The notes beneath the pieces were generated by a model. The model was given only the letters and a program-made list of their open reading frames with translations. It was not told the origin of the DNA and did not search any database. A DNA stretch of 64,000 bases, taken from assembly GCA_004022145.1 (NCBI GenBank), contig RCNU01000003.1; one strand, written 5' to 3'. Below are positions 1 to 11,761 of the stretch, piece after piece. The first letter of the stretch is position 1; each line of letters begins with the position of its first letter. The position numbers were made by a program, and so were the translations under genes. The DNA is from Paecilomyces variotii (lineage: Eukaryota).

Positions 1-3000
1 GCTAAGTCTTCTACTATAATTATTTCTTAGATTAAGATATATAGAGCTATCTTAAAGTATTAGTCTATAACTACTAATATTATATTATATTTAACTCTCT
101 ATTAAGTTAATAATAGTAGGCTAATAATAAAGTTTATTAATATATTCTGTTAGGGTCTTTTTACTATAGATAGTAAGCTTAACTGCTTATATAGCTTATA
201 TTTAAGAACTCTATTCCTTTTATAAATATTATAGGTCTTTATATATTCCTATATATTATTTTATATACCTAGCTAGTAGAATTTTTACTTAAATAGTTTT
301 TTTATAGTTTTAACTTCTTAATAGCTAATATATAGATTATTATAATAAATTTGTAGTAATTCTTACTTTAGTAAATATTTATTTAGGATATAAATCTAAT
401 CCTATCTTTATAGCAGACCCTTATTATTTATAGTCTATTTAGAGCTTCTAGATTAATTAGTCTCTAAATTACTAATCTTCTTTAGTATAAAGATATCTCT
501 CTATTAAAGCTACCTAAGTAATTTTAGAAGATTAAGCTTCAGAGAATCCTAGATTATCTTTTTATTAATAACCTTTAATATTAATAGTCTTAGTAATAAG
601 TATTTGCAATTACTTATACTATCTTTTTTATTTAAAGCATATAGTTTTAGTTTCTTCTATAGGGTAAGTAATAATCTAATCTCCTACTCCTTCTCTAAGA
701 ATTTATAGTCTAATCTCTAAGATAGTATATTAGCTGTATTTAAATAATCTAGCTTATATTTAATATAAAAGTTATAGCCTGCTAGTAACTTCGCCTATCT
801 TACCTGCCTATTATTTAAAGTCTTTATTATAAAGAAGTAGCATAGGTTTATATAGTTAGTCTATACCTAAGCAGGGTATTTATTACTATCTAAATAATAT
901 CTCTAATACTTAAAAGCTTTAATTATTATTAATAATTCCTGGTTATATACTTTATATTAATATTTAATTTTAGTAAATTTCTTTAAAAAGTATATGACTA
1001 GGTGCTATTACCCTATTACCTTACTTATAAGCTACAGTAGAATAATAGCTAAAGTAAATCCTAAGGCATTTATAGCTATTATAATTAGCTTCTTTAAATT
1101 ATAATACTATAATATTAGCAGTTTAATAAATATAGTTTTTAAATCTTTAAATATTTTCTATACTTTAGGTATTTATTTTAATAGGCCTGTCTTCTTATTA
1201 TTCTTACTACTCTTAAGTAAGTCTATTAATAGTATTATAATAGAAAAGTAATTATAAATAAATCTCCTAAAAAAACTTATAAATCTTAGAAAGACTTAAA
1301 TATTATAAAAGGTCTTTAATATAGGCTAATTATAAATTATTTTAATCCTAGAGAAATCTATCTTAATCCTATTATATCCTATAATAAATTTAAGGAAGGA
1401 AATTTCCTTCTTATAGAATTTGTATTTACTTAGCTTTATATATAAATTATACTTACAGAGTCTTTTTAGCACTTTAGAGATATATTATTTATATTCTTTT
1501 TTATCTATTAAGAAGATTAAGATATTGTCTAAGTATATAATACAGCAGATATTTAATAGGCCCCTTAGTACTATATTAATATAGGCTTAAAATATAGCTA
1601 GAGTATTATATAGTCTAAACAATATAATAAGATATTTAAAATAGCTGTATCTAGTTCTAAATACTGTCTTTTATTTATCTCCCCTTTATATATAGATTCT
1701 ATAATAGGCTTCTTAAAGGTTAAGTTTTATAAAGAATCTTATATCTATTAATTAATCTAGTATCTTATTTATTTATAGCAGTAAATAATAATTCTTAATT
1801 ATTTAGATATTTAGTCCTTAATAATTAATATATAAGTATAGTTTATTATCTTTCTTAGGAATAAAAATAATTAATAATCTGGCTGGGCTAATTAAAGCCT
1901 AGATTTAACCTTATTATTATATATCTTTTAGATACCTTTATAATATATCTAGTTTTTTAGTAAAATATAAATATAGAAGCCTCTATAGCAGCAACTTATT
2001 ATTAATTAGATTAATTATATAGGTCTTAGTATCTTCTAATAGGGGTAATATTTTAGCTCTCTTTTTTAAAAAGATATCTTAGAATTATATATAGTATAGG
2101 GGAAGTTAAATTTCTTCTATATCTATTTTAATATATTCCCCTTATATATAATAGATTGGTTAATTTTACGCTATCTTTATAAATGCTTATAGGGTTTAAA
2201 TCTTAATTTAGGGTAAAGCCTCTTATTAGTATTTCTAAGTTAAATATCTCTAATCTATAATAAGATTATTATAGTATAGTTATAATAATCTTAGAATTAT
2301 ATTTTAATTCTTTCTAACTATATTAGATTCTTATATAAAAATAATCTAAAAGTTAATCTTATATTATTCTATCTTTCCTTTTAAGTTCTTTATCTTAATA
2401 ATAATTAGGAAGTAGCTATAAATTAGCATTATTTAGTCTCCTATCTATAAGGTATATCTAACTAGCTTTTATAAAAACCTCTTATATCTATAATATAATA
2501 AAAAGTTATAATTAATAAAATTAGTATATGCTTAGGAATTAAGAAGCGTATTTATTTTTATAATATAACCTTTAATTAATATACCTATTAAAGTTATAAA
2601 CTCTAGTTCTATACCTTTAAGGCGCTAGAATATATTAAGCTTAATATCTTTATTTTTAGGGGGTTCAGAGTCCTTTCTTATCTTATTAAGATATTATTTA
2701 TTAATATATCTGTTCTTCTTATAATTAAAGTATTGCCTTTCTTTCTTTAACTATTTTTATTCTTTTAAAGATTTAAACTTCTTTATTTTATATTTTAAAT
2801 AGGTTTTTATAGAGATTAACTAAGATAATTTATTCTTTTACTTGTCCTATATATATAGGTAAAATTAGTTTTTTCCCTTATATAAGGTTAGGATTATTCC
2901 TTCTTCTTAAAGTCCTTTAATTAAGATTTAATAAAGTTTTTAAGACTCTATTTAATAACTATAGCCTTAGAAGCTAATTAGTTTAAATTAATTAAAATAT

Positions 3001-4231
3001 ATATATACTTAAATAATTAGTTCTGTATATCTTTCTATAATATAGAGAAGAAGGTTTAGCTTTAAATATTATCCTCTAGGGCTAATTTAGCTCTGCAAAG
3101 CTTAAATTTATTATAAAATTCTTAAGCGGTCTGTCCTAGCTATTATTTTAGCCCCCAGAATTATATAGCAGCTATCTAGGGTTAATATTATAGATCTTTA
3201 AGATAATTTAACAGCTATTATTAAAATCCCTATTATAAAATTATAGCTAAAGCAGGGGATCTATAACTCTAAACTATTTTATAATTATCTAAAAGTAACA
3301 CAGCGGTATAGTTTACCTTACTTATTTTAGTTTAAAACATCGATATATTATAGATAAAATATTAATCTATATAACGGTATTAATAGTAGTAAGTATCTAG
3401 ATCTTTAACTTAATATTAATAAGGTTTAGGCAGTTTAGCAATAGACTCAGATTTAAGGGCTATATTTATTTATTTTATTAGCTCTATAACTGCAGCTATA
3501 TTTATCTTTTCTAATAATCCCTAAGTTATGTTTTATAGAGCTCCTATCGCTACATTATTAACTTAATATTAAGAATCTGGTAAGGTAGTAGATTTAGCAC
3601 CAGTAGTATTTAATTCCTGCTAAATTTTAGGTTCTATAATATTTCTTAAATTTATTAGATTTCCTAGGCCTATAATAGTTATTTATTTAGGCTAATTAGG
3701 ACTAGTACTACTTACTAATCTTAATTGCTTAGAATTAGTAATATTTATTAGTTTAGGTTAAGTGCCAGGCTTTAGGCTATATTTAGATTCTTTATACTGA
3801 TCTTTAGTACTACTTCTTAATATCTTTTCTTTTCCTAATATATTATTGGTTAAGCGATTTAAACTATAAAGAGCTAAAGTGAGGAAGTTCTTTATCAGAG
3901 ATAATTAGTCGGACTAGTTAAATAGAATATGAGATAAGAGGTAAAGATATAGGCGAGTAGCTGTTTATATATAGTAGAATTAAAGGTTAGATTTAATAGT
4001 AATTAAAATAAATTACTAATTCCTCTAACTTTTATTTTTTTAGAGGTTATTTATCTATCTATCTGTTTTATTAGGTTATCTAGATAATTTAATCTTAATA
4101 GCTCTATCTATAATTAGCTGATCTAACTATTATATATAGATCTAGTTATCTTATTATCCTTTATTATCTATCCTAGGTCTTAGCAGGTCTGGATTAAGTA
4201 TTGTAGCCCTAGTTTATAATATACTGTTATA
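1..4231 (-). mobile_element. RIP-inactivated Ty3/Gypsy LTR retrotransposon (gag-pol), 3' part runs off the window start
   Basis: Minus-strand translation ~1740-1510 reads FFIKLNL*EAYYRIYI*RGDK*KTVFRTRYSYFKYLIILFRLYNTLAIF*AYINIVLRGLLNICCIIYLDNILIF, a Gypsy RT after C>T/G>A mutation (TKLDL..AY...GDEWKTAFRTRYGHFEY.VMPFGL.NAPATFQ...YLDD; the YLDN codons are at 1535-1524). RNase H remnant INALGFTLAIIL...*HLVIYFLKKF...YNQELL at ~1075-930. Integrase-like remnant at ~290-40. The RT-RH-IN order is Gypsy-type. The region is very AT-rich and TpA-rich. Confidence 0.93.
3865..4231 (-). repeat. Putative 5' LTR of the Gypsy element (RIP-mutated termini)
   Basis: Segment starts TATAAAG and ends CTGTTATA, which restore to TGT...ACA LTR termini after reversing RIP. 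It lies upstream of gag on the minus strand. The second LTR is not in the window for comparison. Confidence 0.45.
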
Positions 4232-4821
4232 TTAAATTTTATATTTTTTAAAACTTAAATAAATATTTTTTAAATAACTTTTATAAAAAAATTTATATAT
4301 AAAAATTAAATATTTAGTCTTATTTTATAAATACAATTAATAAAATCTTATATATTATATATAATTTTATTGAGAAAAACTTAATTAAAAAGGTTAAGTT
4401 TTCTATATTTTAGCTATTTTTACTACTTTTTTTATAAAAGTAGCTAATTTTAAATGGATTTTATTTAATAAATTTATATATAAAGCCTATTATATTATTA
4501 AATATATAGAAAATATAAGATAAAAGCTTTAATTTTTATATATAAAATTTTTTGAAAAAAGTTTATATTTATATAATAGGTAAGGGCTAAAATATATATA
4601 ATTATACTTTTTTTAAGGATAAACTTTAAACTTATATAATATAAGAACCTCTTAATTTAAAAAATTTAAAAAAATATATTATATACTTAGATCAATATAT
4701 TTTAATATAATACTATTTTACAGGAGATTTTATTTAATTTATTCTGGTTAGTAAGGTTTAAAAACATCGAGATTTTTAGTAGGGCGAAAAAAAGTGTCGA
4801 AAACTTTTGGACGCGACTGTA
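4232..4821. mobile_element. Terminal fragment of a RIP-degenerated Tc1/mariner (impala-like) DNA transposon with TIR and TA target site
   Basis: Minus strand from 4821 reads TA|CAGTCGCGTCCAAAAGTTTTCGACAC, resembling Tc1/impala CAGT..G..CAAAAGT ends. It sits exactly at the transition from AT-rich to normal GC content. Confidence 0.65.
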
Positions 4822-5641
4822 ACTAGTCAAAGGAACACGCAGGTCCTTGGTATTGCGCCATCTGCGGACCTCTGGATTGGTCGCAATGGCGCGAAATAAT
4901 GAGCAGCCGTCTTACTTATTCGGCCGAAGCGGGATCTGTTGTACGAGTACGTTCTCTATACCATCCATCGGACCCCACTATAAGGGCAAAGAAGGGGAGT
5001 TGATCAACTTGAAATCAATAGTCGTAGTAATATTGCTGGAGAGATTTTTATTTATTTATTTATTTATTTTTTTAATCGTAATATCCCTGATATTAAGTGG
5101 GATGTGGTGATGAGGGGAAATCAATGAGGCCGCGAGCGATGTCGGATGTGCTGAAGCTGGAAAAGAGCTAATTATCTGCATAACCAGACGGCCGATTATT
5201 GTCATCGCTGGCATGCCTCAATAATAATAATATTATTCACTGGTTTGCAGCGGACTGGAGCCAAAATGCAATAGCTCCCCTAATTCACCTCATCTCTCTG
5301 CTTCCCAAACAGCAGACATATGGACAATAATGGAGGCGCTCGACCGCACTAAACAGCCCACTATGGATGGCCTCACCGGGGACCAATCAGATGCCTTATT
5401 TCCAGGGCGGCAGCGGATTGCGTGATTGCGAACGAGGGGATGAACGGACGGAGAAGCTCAATTGCTGGATGTTTGGGCTTGTGGAGTTGGGGAGAGGGGT
5501 TGCCAGCTGCTTTTTATCTTGAGCCTTCTCCCGCTGCTACTACTACGGAACTATCGTCTTCTCTTTCTTCTGCTTCACCAGCTCTCTCTCCCTTGTCTTC
5601 GTCCGTGGAACATATACCGGTACAGACGTCAATAATTCACA

Positions 5642-6662
5642 ATGGCTCAGGAACAGCGTGCTGCCCCGTAAGGACATCCTGGCGGTTCCCCTCACCGCGA
5701 AAGGCCTCAATTACTGACCAAAACGGTCGTACAGTCTCCGTCTCGGCTCCATCGCCCCCAACTTCGACGCTGAGACCACCGGCGGAAAGATCAACTTCCA
5801 CGAGTTCATCGGTGACAACTGGGTCGTCCTCTTCTCCCATCCTGTAAGTATACACAGCGGCCTATTTGGAACCTCGTTCGCGCAACCCCCCGCGTCTGTC
5901 GAGGAGAAGAAAGGACATTGCTGACCTGGCGCTTTTCATACTAGGATGACTTCACCCCCATCTGTACCACCGAGCTCGGTGCCTTCGCCAAGCTCGAGCC
6001 TGAGTTCGCTGCTCGTGGTGTCAAGCTCATCGGTCTGGTGAGTTAAATCGTGAATAGGAACTCTCAGCGGACAGGACTGATTGTCACCTAGAGCGCCAAC
6101 AACATCGACTCCCACAAGGAGTGGATCAAGGACATTGACGAGGTTACCGGCTCCAACCTCAAGTTCCCCATCATCTCCGACCCCGAGCGCAAGGTCGCCC
6201 ACCTCTACGACATGGTTGACTACGATGACACCACCAACGTCGACCAGAAGGGTATGTATCCCTATCCACTGTGCCATTGCTAAGAATGGGCCGCTGACGT
6301 TGAATAGGCATTGCCCTCACCATCCGTTCCGTCTTCGTTATCGACCCCAAGAAGAAGATCCGTCTGATCATCAGCTACCCCGCCTCCACTGGCCGTAACA
6401 CCGCCGAGGTCCTCCGTGTCGTTGATGCTCTCCAGACCACCGACAAGAACGGTGTCACCACTCCCATCAACTGGCTTCCCGGTGATGACGTCGTCATCCC
6501 TCCTACCGTCTCCACTGAGGACGCCCAGAAGAAGTTCGGTGATGTCCGCGTTGTCAAGCCGTAAGTTCATTGTCCCAGTAGTCTCACAACTGTTCAAGCG
6601 AAGGCATTGCTAACGTATTCATCTATAGTTACCTCCGATACACCACCCTGAAGAAGGAGTAA
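5642..6662 (+). CDS. prx1: 1-Cys peroxiredoxin (Prx6/Prx1 family), 6 exons
   Basis: Spliced product MAQEQRAAPLRLGSIAPNF...VLFSHPDDFTPICTTELG...TIRSVFVIDPKKKIRL..SYPASTGRN...TPINW.PGDDV...YLRYTTLKKE*, with peroxidatic motif FTPICTTE. GT-AG introns with branch sites. Confidence 0.95.
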
Positions 6663-8038
6663 ATATCGAGCCAAGAGCGTTGAATAAAAGACAGGCGGAA
6701 CAGGGGAGGATGAAAAGAGGAGGAATAATAACTTTTGATACCTTATGATAGCCTTCTGATGCCCACATGTTGTTTGGCATTATTATCAATTTAAAAATTT
6801 GCGTGCAGTCCGCGGAAATACCCTTCTGTATGTATATGCGGTATTCTTAGAACTATGAACTATACTTAGGAAGTCACGCTTTCTAGTTATAACACTGGAA
6901 TGCCTATCGTCGTAGCAGTCTTAGCAGTAGTAGATGCCATTCGGTCTGGAAAATACGTGTTTCAGCATGTATATTTCGCAGTCTTGCAGCCCAATTGTTA
7001 AGTACGGAGTAGAAAACCACAAAGAAACCAACGTAGCGACAGTGTAACTGTGTATTCACCTATCCAAGACCAGTAGATTCGAACTTTCACGAGAACAATT
7101 TATAAAGCCCCATGTATATAACTAATTATCTAGTGGGGCATGGCTCTGCCTAGAGTGTTATTGCAGAATGTAGAGAGACTGACATTTAAACTCGCCGAAT
7201 TGTATCTATTGGAGAATCCCGCCAGCGCCGGCTAGACTACTTAAGTACACTAAGTACACTTTGGCGGTCAAGGAAGGGAGGAGGCTGAGAGAAACCCCAT
7301 CCGTGTCCACACCTCATCGCAAACCATCGCTTTTCTTTATTTTGGCTCGGATTTCGTCTTTGTCATCTCTGGAGAATGTTGCTCCACGAGCTCTGACTTC
7401 TCTTTCCCCTCTGTTATACCCGGGCTCATTGGCGAAATACCAGCCTCACGGACGAAGCCCCTGTCTCCAACTCCCACTCTCGGCTGCCTGATGTGTCCCT
7501 AGCGCGCGATGCGTTGAACGAGTTATTTCCTATCCCCGACCACAAGATAACGATTGAATCCGCGACGATCTGGACCATCTTCGCCTCTTTATACCGTGCT
7601 CGTCGGGTTACGGAATTGATTGCATGATATCGAAGCTCTTGGGCTTCTGGATCCGGGGTCTCGTCGACGATTGAGGACCCCGAAGGCCAGTTGTATGCGG
7701 GGCAGTCGAATAATTACATCTGTTCGATTACTCTCGCTGGGATCGCTACCGGTTGGTATCTGAATAGGCCCTTTCGAAACGGACCGGTATCGAACGCATA
7801 TCGTCGATTATTCTCCTCGGGGCTGGTGCTGCGGCGCCGAGATCGAGGGCGGAAGCAACATCGCATCGCACATCTTTATCACGTTTCTGGAGTGTCACGA
7901 AGAATATAATCGATAACGATCGCGACATCGGTTTCCTCTCCGCGACTCGAATACTACTAGTTTTCTAGTATCAGGGAACAAAAAACGATCCTGTTACTCA
8001 CTCAGCGACCCGCGGACTTCACCTGTTAGGATATCACA

Positions 8039-10702
8039 ATGTCTCGAAGTCAGTCTAGTCTGAGCAGCGCAGACGCCGGAAAGGATGATGGGCTGGCGAC
8101 GCACGCTTCTGCAGCTGCCGCTGGAGCGTCTTCTGCGGCAACTCAGCAGAACCCGGTGGCCGGCCCTATCAATCTGTCTGGGTTAGTCTGCAACGTACGC
8201 AGGACGACAGGCAGAGAGCCTCACGCTCTTGTCGGGGCTACAACAACTATTCTGGGCGACAAGCTATACGTTTTTGGTGGCCGTATGCTATCGAGGACTC
8301 GTCCGCAGCTGACATCCGATCTATATGAGCTTGATCTGATTCGACGGCATTGGACGAAGGTAGAAGCCACAGGAGACATTCCTCCACCCCGTTATTTTCA
8401 CAGCATGTGCGCTTTGGGTGACACTAAGCTCGTCTGCTACGGAGGCATGTCTCCGGCGCCTACCTCCAAGGATAGTCCTGGCGGCACTTCTGCAGGCGCG
8501 GAACCGCAGGCTGAGAAAGTTACGGTCATGTCAGATATACATATATTTGATGTCCTGACGAGGGCGTGGACTCTGGTCCCGACAAATGGTTCGCCGCAAG
8601 GTCGCTATGCACACTGTGCCACCATATTGCCATCGAGTGCATATTTCACGTCCGCAAACGCTCCTCTATCTGCGATTCATCACAATCCTTCGTCGTCGGC
8701 TCCGCACCAGGGCTCAATTGGCGTGGACATTGATGGCCAGGGCGGAGCAGAGATGATAGTCGTCGGGGGCCAAGACGCTTCCAACCACTATATCGAGCAG
8801 ATCAGTGTCTTTAACCTCCGGAACCTGCAGTGGACTGCCACATCCAGTCTTGGGAGAAGCTGTGGTGCGTATCGGAGTGTTGTAGCACCACTGACAGGAA
8901 TGGACGCCTCCGAAGTGGGGGCCGAGTCTACCGACCAGGAAGCATCCCGGACGCCAGTTGATACTGATGGTAAAGGGTCGCCAATGCTTATATACTCAAA
9001 TTACAATTTCTTGGATGTGAAGCTGGAGCTTCAGATACGCCTTCCAGATGGCCGGTTGGTTGAGAAGCCAATGCAGAGTCAAGCCTCCCCTCCTGGTCTG
9101 AGGTTTCCCAATGGCGGCGTGATCAACGGACATTTCGTTGTCAGCGGCACCTACCTTACATCCTCCAAACAGGAGTACGCTCTATGGGCGCTCGATCTGA
9201 AGACCCTCACGTGGTCCCGGATTGACGCTGGGGGCACAATTTTTGGCCACGGAAGTTGGAACCGTGGTGTCTTGTGGGAACGCAGGAACATGTTCGTGAT
9301 CCTTGGGCACCGCAAGAGGAGTCTAGTTGAGGACTACAATCACCGGAGGATCAATTTCTCTCACGTCTGTATGGTCGAGCTGGAGGCGTTCGGACTGTAC
9401 AATAACCCTTGCAGGACAGCACCGACATCCGGATACGTCTCCGTAAGCGCGCCGCCTGTTCCTGCGTCCCTTCAGCCAAAGCTGGCACAGTTGACGTCTG
9501 GAGGAAGGCCCTTCTCTTCTGCTTCGGATGCTTTGGGCAAACTTGCCATGTCCTTCATTGAGGTTGCAGATATGGAAATCCAGGCCGTGGGCGGAGAACG
9601 GATACCCGTCAGTTCGCGCATCCTGAGCCGCAGATGGGGTCCCTTTTTCATTCAGCTCGTGAGGGAATCCTCCGACAGTGGGATCTCGGATTCTGAGACT
9701 CTGCGGCCTACCACTGGAATGTATCCCAGTCGCAATTCTGTCGTCACGATCACTCCTCCAGTCCGCAAGAACAGCGCTTATTCCGTCGCTACCACTCTCG
9801 TCAACGATCAAGCTTCCAGTATCAAAAGCCCGCCGTCTTTTATGTCTAACCTTGAGATACCCTCTGCGCATGGCTTGGCTCCTACATCTCGTCCCCGCGT
9901 TCTCTACCTACCTCACACGTACCTGACCATCCAACTTCTTGTTTACTATCTCTATACGTCTTCACTTCCTCCGATCTCCTCTCCGCTGTGCACGCCGCAA
10001 ATCCTATGTTCACTTCTTCAACTTGCGCGTCCCTACCAGGTCGATGGTCTTTTGGAAGCCACCGTGGAAAGGCTTCACCAAGTACTTGACGGAAGGAATG
10101 CGGCCGCTGTCTTCAATGCGGCCGCCATGGCTGCTGGAGGAGGCCGCGGAACAGGCTTTGTCAGTGGGCCAAGTGGTACGCTTGAAGCTCTCAACGGAGT
10201 ACACGCTGCGCATGAGTACAGCCGGCAGAATTCCGTCGCCACTGGTCAACAGAGTGTCCTAACATCGGACTCTTCGGACACCGAGCCGGGCGGCCTAGGA
10301 GGAGGTAGGGCAGACCCAACGAGTTCTCGAGAACTGCCGCTTCGTTTCAACACTGGCTTTCGCAAAAAGCAGCCGCGAAGAATGCCTTCCTCGGATCGGG
10401 ACCGCGAGGACTCTATCAGCAATGCCAGTACTGCCACTTCAGCGTCGACGGGGACGAGCCATAGTCAGGCGGAGTCCGATATCATCGGTGAAAACGCTCG
10501 TCCAGGCCTTCGAAGCCGACGTCACACAGATGCCGATGGACAGTTTGAGGAGATCTGGTCTGGAGATGTTAGCAGTGTCATTGGTCTCCAGAAACGTGGA
10601 CTGCGTGGTCTGATGGAGGGCCGGAGGCTGAGGGAACGCAGTGCCAAACCCATGGGCAGTGGAGCTGGGGGCGCGCCTATGGATGGACATACGAACATTT
10701 AA
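8039..10702 (+). CDS. ral2: Kelch-repeat/BTB-like regulator, Ral2/Mds3/Pmd1 family
   Basis: 887-aa single-exon ORF with kelch repeats (LYVFGG, PPPRYFHS, PQGRYAH), SNYNFLDVK and LVEDYNHRRINF motifs, and a BTB-like C-terminal region (ILSRRWGPFF...LYLPH). Confidence 0.85.
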   Translation: MSRSQSSLSSADAGKDDGLATHASAAAAGASSAATQQNPVAGPINLSGLVCNVRRTTGREPHALVGATTTILGDKLYVFGGRMLSRTRPQLTSDLYELDLIRRHWTKVEATGDIPPPRYFHSMCALGDTKLVCYGGMSPAPTSKDSPGGTSAGAEPQAEKVTVMSDIHIFDVLTRAWTLVPTNGSPQGRYAHCATILPSSAYFTSANAPLSAIHHNPSSSAPHQGSIGVDIDGQGGAEMIVVGGQDASNHYIEQISVFNLRNLQWTATSSLGRSCGAYRSVVAPLTGMDASEVGAESTDQEASRTPVDTDGKGSPMLIYSNYNFLDVKLELQIRLPDGRLVEKPMQSQASPPGLRFPNGGVINGHFVVSGTYLTSSKQEYALWALDLKTLTWSRIDAGGTIFGHGSWNRGVLWERRNMFVILGHRKRSLVEDYNHRRINFSHVCMVELEAFGLYNNPCRTAPTSGYVSVSAPPVPASLQPKLAQLTSGGRPFSSASDALGKLAMSFIEVADMEIQAVGGERIPVSSRILSRRWGPFFIQLVRESSDSGISDSETLRPTTGMYPSRNSVVTITPPVRKNSAYSVATTLVNDQASSIKSPPSFMSNLEIPSAHGLAPTSRPRVLYLPHTYLTIQLLVYYLYTSSLPPISSPLCTPQILCSLLQLARPYQVDGLLEATVERLHQVLDGRNAAAVFNAAAMAAGGGRGTGFVSGPSGTLEALNGVHAAHEYSRQNSVATGQQSVLTSDSSDTEPGGLGGGRADPTSSRELPLRFNTGFRKKQPRRMPSSDRDREDSISNASTATSASTGTSHSQAESDIIGENARPGLRSRRHTDADGQFEEIWSGDVSSVIGLQKRGLRGLMEGRRLRERSAKPMGSGAGGAPMDGHTNI

Positions 10703-10910
10703 TAATATATATATCTTGACATGCTTTCCAGGTTGATAGAGGAGCTATGGTTGAATGTCTTGTCTTCTTTACGCAGAATATATTTTGGTCCGGGAGATCA
10801 TACACATATGTTGTGGCGTGCATTTGTATATATCGTCTGGTAATATCTCCAACAATGGAAATTAGATTCTTTGTTGGGACCTGATTGATTGATTCTATCC
10901 TATCGATATA

Positions 10911-10959
10911 AATATAATGATATAATACTATAATGATAATGATAATAATAATAATAATA
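10911..10959. repeat. (ATA/ATG)n trinucleotide microsatellite in the ral2 3' region
   Basis: ataatgataatgataataataataataata. Confidence 0.8.
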
Positions 10960-11761
10960 CAGACGAACACCACGTGACCGCAGCCGTAACGGTCGACTTC
11001 CGGATTCGTCGTAGCCTGCCTGATGGGGCAGAGACGATCAACGCCTCGACCTTCGTCCATTCTCCATCTCCATCTCCATTCTATCTATCCTCTAACTAGA
11101 CGATCTAGAGCATGCCAGTCACCGTGATGCGCGCAGTATGAGTCTGTCTCTTCTCCGTCTTGTTTTCAGTTAACTAACTAACTAGCTATCCTGCTGCTTA
11201 CTGATACTTATCAACGCTTAGGCCGGTTAATTGCCGAGTCTCCACCAAGAGAGCAGAAGAAAAAAAAAAGCTTATGTGCTCGGCCAGACCCGTCGCCAGC
11301 ATAACCTTGGGGCATTAATTCACCCCCTTATTATCGACTCCTCCTGTCTAGAGTCCAAACAGGTATCGCGAACTCACTAGCTCATCTGCGAATTCAACGA
11401 CCCCCCCCCTATTTCCTCTATCTTCTTGGCTCTCCTCTTCTGCCCCGTTACTGGCTGCGGGCCTTTGCGGCGCTACAGGTTGGCGGGACCCCCTGAGCTT
11501 CAGCACTGCACGCTCGTTCCCCCCGACACATCAAGGTCCAAGGCCCGTGGGTTCTGGCAGTCTGGCTAACCGCGATCGCTGTGCGCTCCGTGGACCGTGT
11601 GCTTCAATCCGTGCTTCGACGCTCTCCCGTGCTGTCCATCATTATTCGCCGGCCTGCAGAAGTATTATCATTCCTCTCTCCTGGCGTTTCATCCTGTTCC
11701 TGTGTCTTGTCGTCTCCCCGCTTGCAGATGCTGGTCAGAGGATCTGGTCTGCGAACGAGCT

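Noticed and set aside
4748-4754. Yap1-type TTAGTAA site upstream of the peroxiredoxin
   Set aside because: It lies inside RIP-generated AT-rich DNA, where this motif arises repeatedly by chance.
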